Source: Eledone cirrhosa (Eukaryota). From it: 64,000 bases of DNA. The DNA lies in assembly GCA_964016885.1 (NCBI GenBank), contig OZ024743.1:52886001-52950000 (forward strand), given 5' to 3'. This document shows, piece by piece, positions 54,911-64,000 of the stretch. The position numbers and the translations under genes are program-made. Below the pieces are notes generated by a model, which was not told where the DNA came from, made no database searches, and worked only from the letters and a program-made list of their open reading frames with translations. How positions within the stretch are numbered: the first letter of the stretch is position 1; each line of letters starts with the position of its first letter.

Positions 54911-55326
<416 letters not shown>

Positions 55327-55449
55327 TCTATGATTGATCAATGATGTAGATACCCTTTGATAAGGACCCCAAAAGGGTAAAAAATCGATTAAGTATGTTC
55401 ATAATTTTTTTTTTTTCCAATTTATAAGAAAGTAAATTTGACATATTTA

Positions 55450-55652
55450 TGTCTATACACCCAATACCTATAGTTATAGACATAAGGGAAGACTATATAT
55501 GTCTATACACCCAATACCTATAGTTATAGACATAAGGGAAGACTATATATGTCTATACACCCAATACCTATAGTTATAGACATAAGGGAAGACTATATAT
55601 GTCTATACACCCAATACCTATAGTTATAGACATAAGGGAAGACTATATATGT
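55450..55652. repeat. Four copies of a tandem repeat of about 51 bp
   Basis: atgtctatacacccaatacctatagttatagacataagggaagactatat. Confidence 0.9.
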
Positions 55653-55664
55653 ATGTATGCTTTA

Positions 55665-55935
55665 TTGAAGTATTTAAGACTATTCAACAGAATTCGTAAT
55701 ATAATCGGCTTGTCTCCCCACAGCCCCGGCGGATAGAATGGAGAAGGTGTTTCCCTGGAGGAGGGCAAGGGAGACGCGCTGGAAGAGCCACTTCAACTCG
55801 CGAGCCTCACACCTGCGGCTGGCCAGCTCAGCGCCTATGGTGGTGAGTAGGGAGGTAGCCCTAGGACCGAGGACACCAGAATTCTCCACTGCCAAGGGTA
55901 CAACCGCGAACCTGTCGGAGAGAGACCGGTTTTTG
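55665..55935 (-). mobile_element. CRE-like non-LTR retrotransposon 3' end (RLE C-terminus)
   Basis: FAVVPLAVENSGVLGPRA...LFQRVSLALLQGNTFSIL. Confidence 0.7.
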
Positions 55936-55994
55936 AAGAGTATGTAGAGAGATGTGATGTACACCCAATACCTATAGTTATAGACATAAGACTG

Positions 55995-56240
55995 GTAGAG
56001 AGATGTGATGTACATGGAGGATGATTGTTGAGTGAAGAATTACCAGGAAATCCCAGTGGAAGCAAACTACAGTAGAGGTAGACCGAGAAAGACCTGGTAA
56101 TGAGAGCTGCTCTGAAGTCGCTGGGGCTGATTGAGGAGATGACGAAGGTGTGTGTGAGAGGAGATATGCTGAGAATGACCCATCCAACCCATATATGAGT
56201 GGAAAAATGGACGTAAAAACGATGATAATGATGATGATAA
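55995..56240 (+). mobile_element. RTE 3' end fragment
   Basis: ...RGRPRKTW-like coding remnant, then ggacgtaaaaacgatgat(gat)n tail. Confidence 0.6.
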
Positions 56241-56599
56241 GAACCTTGTGTAGAGGTATAACATGTTATAGCTTCTCCTCTGACTCTGGCCTTCACACCC
56301 CTGGGGAAATACCATGTCTTTCAAAAGATTCTGTCCCCTAACAAAGAACCAAGACCATCCCAGCTAAAACCTGCATGAGGATCTGGGTGTATCTAGAGAA
56401 CAGATTCTCGATAAAAACACTTCATTACTGATTTATTTGTGGAGAAGTGCAGCATATAATTATATACACATTCATGCAGTCTTGGTTACTCCTGTGTTGT
56501 ATATGTACAGTTATGTATTTATCATATGTTTCAACTACTTAACGCATAATCTAATATATGATTTTCAACCGGTAGATACAATAGTTTACAACTTTGCCT

Positions 56600-56848
56600 A
56601 TTAATCCGTATGTTGAGCAAATGGGGGCTCACGTGGTGGCCTCCCCACAGCCCCGGCGGACAGGATGGAGAAGGCGTTTCCCCAGAGGATGGTAAGAGAG
56701 ATGCGCTGGAAGAGCCATTCCAACTCGCGAGGCTCACACCTGCGGCTGGCCAGCTCAGCGCCTATGGTGGTGAATAGGGAGGTAGCCTTAGGGCCAAGGA
56801 CACCAGAAGTCTCCACTGCCAAGGGCACGACCACGATCCTGTCGGTTC
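56600..56848 (-). mobile_element. Second CRE-like 3' fragment
   Basis: VVPLAVETSGVLGPKA...LFQRISLTILWGNAFSIL; paralogous to 55665-55935. Confidence 0.7.
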
Positions 56849-57247
56849 TCTTAACAACTTAAATGCAATTGTCCTTTGTGATTTTGTAAAGCTTAGTACT
56901 GAGTTACCCTATATATTTGTATATAAGGCGATCCAAACATAAGCTGACCCCAGCCCTACTTTATAACTAAGAAATGGGCTAAATTTCAACCGCCCTTTAT
57001 AAACTAAGGCAGCTAATCAACACATGTTTACATGGTGAATATAAGCTGACACATTTTACCATCGATTTTTGGTGATATATTCCTTGGCTTATATTCCAAT
57101 ATACACGGCAGTTCGTTACATAATCCCTCCTACAGTAATTACTGGTATAAACCTTATGTTACAGTTCAGGTTTGTAAACTTTTTTTTTATATATTAACTC
57201 ACCACAAATCTTGTCTTTATTTTACATCTTTAACATCGGTTGACTGA

Positions 57248-57748
57248 TGTGGTGGTGTTGTGGTGGTTATGGTGGTGTTGTGGTTATGGTGGTGTTGTGG
57301 TGTTGTCGTGGTGTTGTGGTGTTGTCGTGGTGTTGTGGTGTTGGAGTGGTGTTGTGGTGTTGTGGTGTTGTGGTGGTGTAGTGGTGGTGGTGGTGTTGGA
57401 GTTATGGTGGTGTAGTGGTGGTGTTGGAGTTATGTTGGTGTTGGGGTGGTGTTGTGGTTATGGTGGTGTTGGGGTTATGGTGGTGTTGTGGTGTTGTGGT
57501 GGTGTTGTGGAGTTGTTGTGGTGTCGTGGTGTTGTTGTGGTGGTGTAGTGGTGGTGTTGGAGTTATGGTGGTGTAGTGGTGGTGTTGGAGTTATGGTGAT
57601 GGTGATGGTGATGTTGGTGGAGATGTTGACGGTATTAGTGAGGCTGGTAATACTGTGATGTTGATGTTGATGTTGATGGTGTTGATGATGATGTTGGTGA
57701 TATAGATGGTGATGATGATGGTAATGTTAATGGTGATGATGATGGTGT
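57248..57748. repeat. GT-rich low-complexity tract ((GTGGT)n, (GAT)n)
   Basis: Direct reading. Confidence 0.85.
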
Positions 57749-58415
57749 TCCAGTGTACAAAAGGTGAGCTCCACATTAGGTATGTATCCATAATTACCTG
57801 TCACATCTGTCAGCTGTGATGTGATTGGTCACTTTAAACTTACTCCTCTTCCTCGCCCCCATTCTTTTCTTTCTTTATTTTTACCTTTCCATCATCCCCC
57901 ACCATCACCCACAGCCAACCCCCATTCCCTTTCTTAATTGAATCTCTGACAAAAAAATATTATTTTTGCCATAGTTTTTCTGGAGAATTTTTTCCTACCA
58001 TCCTTAACAAATAATTGTTTCTACTTTTGGCACAAGGCCAGCAAATACCCCAGTGCATTACTGGTACTTTATTTTATCGACCCCATAAGGATGAAAGGCA
58101 AAGTTGACCTCGGCGGGATTTGAACTCATAACTATTAATAATGTAACCATTACATTTATTATGCAATAAAACAATTATGTAAAGCTAACTCTGTTTTAAC
58201 GCTATTTTGTATATATCATCATCATTACCGTTTTACGTCCGTTCTTCCACGCTAGCATGGGTTATACAGGTTGTCTTGTTATGGGCAATGCCCAGTCGGC
58301 TGACCTTGTCTTGCACATACGAGAATTGATTCTGGCTTGATTTCTACAGCTGGATGCCCTTCCTAACACCAACCTCATTCACAGTGAGTGCTGAGTGCTT
58401 TTTTTCCGTGGCACC

Positions 58416-58447
<32 letters not shown>

Positions 58448-58449
58448 AA

Positions 58450-58752
58450 ATCGGCGGGATTTGAACTTAGATCACAATGGGCCATAACTCTATGCTGCAA
58501 AGCATAGTGTCTGACGCTCTACCGATACTGCCAAATAATGGTTTCAGATTTAGGCACAAGGCCAGCAATTTTGGGGGAGGGGAAAGTCAATTAAATCGAT
58601 CCAGTGCATTACTGGTACTTTATTTTAAAAACCCTATAAGGATAAAAGGCTAAGTTGACCTTGGCGGGATTTGACCTGAGTACGTAAAGGGCCGTAACTC
58701 TATGCTTCAAAGTATTGTGTCTGACGCTCTACTAATACTGCCAATCCCCCAC
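58450..58752 (-). mobile_element. Two SINE family 1 copies
   Basis: Same consensus. Confidence 0.85.
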
Positions 58753-59396
58753 CTTAACAAATAATGGGGTGTGTGGGCGAGGGGCGATATATTGGATACT
58801 GTATTCCTAGAATACACTGTGTCTGAAAACAGAAAGACAAAGATGGTCATGGCTGGAAAGCCAATGATCATAGGTCTGCTTGTTAACTCATAACATCCTT
58901 GTAATGATTTAGCAGGAAAATGTCTAGAAGCAGGCTTGTTAATTCAAATGTTTGTAGTATTTTTACTAGTGGAACGAAAGTTACCAAAAATTGCAGCTTT
59001 AGAGTAAAGACATTTAATGTCTTTAATGTGATGCAGTGTTTGGTTGTTTTCAGAGAATGTCTAGCTAATGTGACTTCATGTGGAACAGAATGTGATGCAG
59101 TGTTCATTATTCACCTAATGAGATCAGTGATAATCGATCATGACCACACGATCGATCTATCCCTTATTGAAACATGTGTCGTGATTAAAATGATTGGAAA
59201 TGTATACCATGCCTTCGGATCTTTATTTTGATACAAATATCCGTTTTACATCATCTAGCTGTTCCCATGAATGGAATTGGAGATATACAAAAGCGTGGAG
59301 AACTTAACAACCCAACCAGGAACTGGGCATATCAGAGTATTGACAAAATTATACACCTCAACAACATATGTACTTGTCTATACCACACTAATTCGG

Positions 59397-59451
59397 ACTG
59401 ACTGAAGAGGTCACAGCCAAAGATGGCTGTCACTGAAATATATATAGCAGT
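59397..59451 (+). ncRNA. Type I hammerhead ribozyme motif
   Basis: acuga CUGAAGA ggucacagccaaagauggcugucacu GAAA uauaua UA gcagu; near-identical, together with about 150 nt downstream, to the 25758-25985 element. Confidence 0.7.
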
Positions 59452-59621
59452 AATAAACGAAGCTAAATTTTAAACATCTGACTTTTTATTTAACTTTATT
59501 TTACATTACTCCGGAGTAACCAAACCAACCTGCGCACTTCGTCGAGTGCTCCAGCCTGCATACTGAGGTGTTGGTATACAACCAACATATACTCAAAATC
59601 TCTCTCTCTATATATATATAT

Positions 59622-62310
59622 ATCATCATCATCATCACCGTTTTACGTCCGTTCTTCCACGCTAGCATGGGTTAGACGGGTTGTCCTGTTGTGGGCAGTG
59701 TCTTGTCGGCTGACCATGCCTTGCTCATACAGGAACTGATTTTGGCTTGATTTCTACAGCTGGATACCCTTCCTAACACCAATCTCATTTACAGTGAGTG
59801 CTGGGTGCTTTTTTTCGTGGCGCCTACACGTCCACTTTAGTGTGGGCTGGGTGCTTTTTTGCCGTGGCACCCCCACAACCACTTTGCAGTGGGAGGGTGT
59901 GGGGGCATATTATCTATATGCTTCAGCTTGTACCCATGAGAGGTCGGGTACTCTGTATTACTGCGTGACGCCAGAGGTCACGGTCGTGTGTCATCGCCTT
60001 TGCGAGGTGTAATTGGGTCAGGTCGGCTTTTATCACCTCATCCTAGGTCTTCTTGGGACTCCCCACTCCGCGGTTTACATTGACTTCTAGTGCTCTGCAC
60101 CTTTTTATGCAGCTGTCATCCTTCATACGCATCACATGTCCATACCAACGCAACTGCCTCTCCTGCACACAGCATTTGATTCCTCTTATGCTCAGGCTCT
60201 CTCTCAATTCATTTATGCTTTGCCGTTCACGTATATTACTATTACACATCCATCGGAGCATGCAGGCTTCGTTTCTTTCTAATCTACGTAAGTCTTCCAC
60301 CTTCAGCGCCCAGGTCTCACTACCATGTAACATTGCTGTTTGTATACACGCATCATACAGTCTGCCTTTTATTTTGAGGGAAAAGCCTTTTGCAGCTAGC
60401 AGTGGCAGTAGTTCCCTGAACTTCTTCCATCCCGTTCTTACCCTAGTTATTGTACTTTCTGAACACCCACCTCCGCTGCTAATTCGGTCATCTAGGTAGC
60501 AGAAGCTGTCTACTGTTTCTACAGAGCCCTCCCAGAGATTGGTGGTACTTGTTTCCTGTGGCTGTTTGCTGCTTGCTGTCCCAGCACAGCTGCTACATGT
60601 GAAGCCTACATTCTTAATTAAGCTTCCTGAGATCCCGCTACATCTCTTGTGTACCCATTGTTTGCGTTTGGGACAGAGAATTCCTACCTACACCTTTCCT
60701 ACATACTGAGCAAGGCCATTTCCCTGAGGGGATCTGCGTTCTGTTTTCTAGTCTACTTACAAGGACCTTAGTCTTTGTCAGGTTGACTTTGAGATCCTTT
60801 CTTTCTAGTCCCTGCTTCCAAGTTTGGAATTTCTCTAGTTCTACCATAGATTCAGCTATAAGTGCGAGGTCATCTGCATACAGGAGTTTCCATGGGCATC
60901 CGGTCTTAAACTCCTCCGTTATTGCCTGCAGGACTATGATGAACAGGAGAGGGCTAAGAACAGAGCCCTGGTGGACACCAACCTGTACGCTAAATTCCTC
61001 GCTATACTCATTGCTAATCCTAACTTTTCTGACTGCTCCCCTATACATGGCTTGTACAGCTTTCACAAACCATTCATCTACTCCTAGTTTTCTAAGAGCC
61101 CACCAGATTATACCACGTGGAACTCTGTTAAAGGCTTTCTCGAGATCGACGAATGCCAGGTAGAGTGGCTTACTTTTAGCTAGGTACTTTTCCTGTAACT
61201 GCCTCACAAGGAAGATGGCATCAGTGGTGCCTCTTCCTGGTACAAACCCAAATTGCATCTCATCTAGTTTCACCGGTCCCTAATCAACTGTGCTATAACT
61301 CTTTCTGTTACTTTCATGACCTGGTCCATCAGCTCTATACCTCTCTCGTTTCCTCTATCTAGTGCATCACCTTTATCTTTCTAGCAGTTGACAATGATGC
61401 TACTGCACCAATCTTTTGGTATGACACCTAGTATTACCTAGTTAACAATACGTGTGGTTATAGTGTGACCTACAAACCCAGATGCCTTCAGCATCTCGGC
61501 AGCTACACCCGATGGACCGGTTGCCTTCCCCATCTTCATATCTCTGATTGCCTTAATTACTACGCTGCTGCTGACTTGTACTACTGGCCCCTCTATAGGG
61601 TCTACTTGAGGTAGGGTCTCTTCTTCCCATGCATTCTCCTCATTTAGTAATCTATCATAATGGCTCTTCCATGCATCTTTCTTCTCAGCACTTGTGAGGG
61701 CAAGCTCACCTTTATCATTCCGGATACACTTCTCTCCAATGACATCACAATTCTCTCTGACACACTGCCTCGCAATCTTGAACACCTCCTGTTTCTGGTC
61801 CTCACGTTGCAAAACATGCTTGAATTTTCTATCCTCTGCTTCCCTCCTAGCTAAGTATACTTGTCGCCTAGCTTCCCTCTTGGTCTCTATGTAATGTACC
61901 CTGCTTCCCCCATTCTTCCATTCTTTCCATGCCTCTCTCTTGGCCTTAACTGCCTCATCTACCTTATTGTTCCACCACCAAGTCACTCTCCTCCTGCTTG
62001 TGGTCTTACTCCAGCCACAGATCTCATCCGTCGCCTCTAGTAAGTTATTTTTTAGGAACTCCCAGTGCTCTTCTACATTGAATGTCTCTATCTGTTCTTC
62101 TTTACTGTCGTAGGCGTTGAGTAAAATATCTTTAAATCTGTTACTGGCTGAGGGGTCTTTCAGCTTTCAGATCTTTCTTCTCCAGGTTGGCCTCTGTTTC
62201 CAGGTTCGTCTAGTTCTGACCGTGAGGTCGCTGACAACTAAGCTATGTTGGGAGGTACATTCCTCACTAGGGAAAGCTTTTGTGTTTATGACCGTCCATC
62301 TGTCACGTCC
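59622..62310 (-). mobile_element. 5'-truncated RTE-clade LINE with RT and an internal Cys-rich finger
   Basis: QFGFVPGRGTTDAIF, FVDLEKAF, GVHQGSVLSP, LYADD; WPCSVCRKGVGRNS...WVHKRCSG...CSSC; LRWYGHVMR; (GAT)n tail. Short 3'-end copies at about 54400-54830, 58215-58415, 62955-63185 and 63755-63915. Confidence 0.92.
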
Positions 62311-62333
62311 TCTATATATATGTATATATATAT

Positions 62334-62367
<34 letters not shown>

Positions 62368-63414
62368 GGTAGAGGTTAGAGGTATATATTTCTTTTGCAA
62401 TATTTCTTATCTGAAAACCTGTGTTGAAACAGATATTATTATACTTTCGGAGGGTCATGTTGCCAATAAAAACACATGCTTCTCTGTTGGTTTTCACTAC
62501 AATTTAATATAAATTTCCAGTTGGTTGGTTTACTAACCAGATGGCTGTTTATTTATTGTCAAAGCTCTTTCGTCAGATATTCTGTGACCTCCTCAGTGAC
62601 TAATTTGTTATTTTGCGTCCCTCCTTTGATCTGCCTGATTAGATCTTGTTTTTGTGCGCTTGGGTTGTACATGTGTTATATCCAGGTGTGTTTGTTTATA
62701 TGTTTATCTACTTGTCACTAGTTGGTTGCTTGTTCTGAGTATCTGGTTTGTTTTATTAGTTTGGTTCTTATGTAGAATGACTGGGGAAAATGTATGGTTC
62801 ATTTTCTGAAGCTATTTCTGTCCTCTTTTGTCTATCTCCATGAGAACTTTATCCGACATACTACTTATAGTTATTGGCATTGTAGCAACTTAAAAAAAAG
62901 TCAACATATATTCAGAATTTCAAATTTCCCCAATGCTTCATATACAAAAACACACATCATCATCATCATCATCACCGTTTTACATCCGTTCTTCCACGCA
63001 AGCATGGGTTAGACGGGTTGTCCTGCTGTGGGCAGTGTCCAGTCGGTGACGATGTCTTGCTCATACGGGAACTGAATCTGGCTTGACTTTTACAGCTGGA
63101 TGCCCTTCCTAACACCAACCTCATTTACAGAGTGGGCTGGGTGCTTTTTTGCCATGGCACCTCCACGACCACTTTGCAGTGGAATCATATGGACCCCAGT
63201 CCTATCATCTCATTTCTACAGCTGAGTAAACTGGAGCAATGTGAAATAAAGTGTCTTGCTCAAGGAAACAACACATCAACCGGTCCGAGAATTGAACTCA
63301 CAACCTTTCGATTGCAAGGCCAATGCTCTAACCACTAAGCCATGTGCCTCCATATATACAAGTGTCTGCATACCTCTGTGAGTAAATGAGTGTGCGCATA
63401 TGTGCATATATACA

Positions 63415-63458
<44 letters not shown>

Positions 63459-63717
63459 AGCGTTATCGTTCTAACCCCCCCCCCCTTAATTTTCCTATTC
63501 CACCAAATTAACTGTCAACTTAGAAAAACCACGTGACGAGCTGTCAAAATAGAAACAACGCAAAAGAAACACCGAAATAAAGATATAAAAAGTAGAATAA
63601 AAAATCTATAACCCTTAAACAGACCCCCCCCCCCCCCCGCCCCATCCTCTACAACATCAAACAGATGCTAAAAGAATTTTAGAAAAAACACACACATATT
63701 TGAATATGTGTGTGTGG

Positions 63718-63752
<35 letters not shown>

Positions 63753-64000
63753 CATTTCATTTTACGTCCGTTTTTTTCCCTGCTTGCAAGGGTGGGACGG
63801 GAACTGATTCTGGCTTGATTTCTACAGCTGGATGCCCTTCCTAACACCAACCTCATTTACAGAGTGGGCTGGGTGCTTTTTTGCCGTGACACCTCCACGA
63901 CCACTTTGCAGTGGAATGATATGGACCCCAGTCCTATCATCTCATTTCTACAGCTGAGTAAACTGGAGCAATGTGAAATAAAGTGTCTTGCTCAAGGAAA

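Noticed and set aside
55350-55407. Possible hammerhead (uugauaa...aaaa ucga uu)
   Set aside because: Several core positions are mutated; too degenerate to support.
58900-59390. Decayed GIY-YIG coding region upstream of the 59397 hammerhead
   Set aside because: Only vague Cys/His spacing; cannot be supported without a profile search.

Overview
Repeat-rich eukaryotic (animal) genomic DNA. The SINE families, RTE/Penelope content and (TA)n/(CA)n density suggest a coleoid cephalopod such as Octopus (inference). One host gene is visible: a secreted matrix metalloproteinase (M10A/matrixin) on the minus strand, about 41.6 kb to beyond position 1. Its phase-consistent exons encode the catalytic domain (HEFGHSLGLMHS plus Met-turn) and a Pro/Thr-rich region of at least 475 aa; a probable signal-peptide exon lies at 41.4-41.6 kb. 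The rest is transposons, satellites and microsatellites. Two non-obvious systems stand out. (1) About 11 type I hammerhead ribozyme motifs with short palindromic stem III lie in Penelope-associated small elements that abut (TA)n tracts, often as inverted dimers, and several share a second downstream ACTC..GAGTGCT motif; seven are in the sense orientation of the MMP pre-mRNA. (2) A 39-bp minisatellite and a 10-kb 25-bp satellite both arose in place from consecutive segments of one non-LTR retrotransposon restriction-like endonuclease, whose flanking pieces remain in order around the arrays. All calls come from reading the sequence by eye; no database searches or folding programs were run, and repeat boundaries are approximate.
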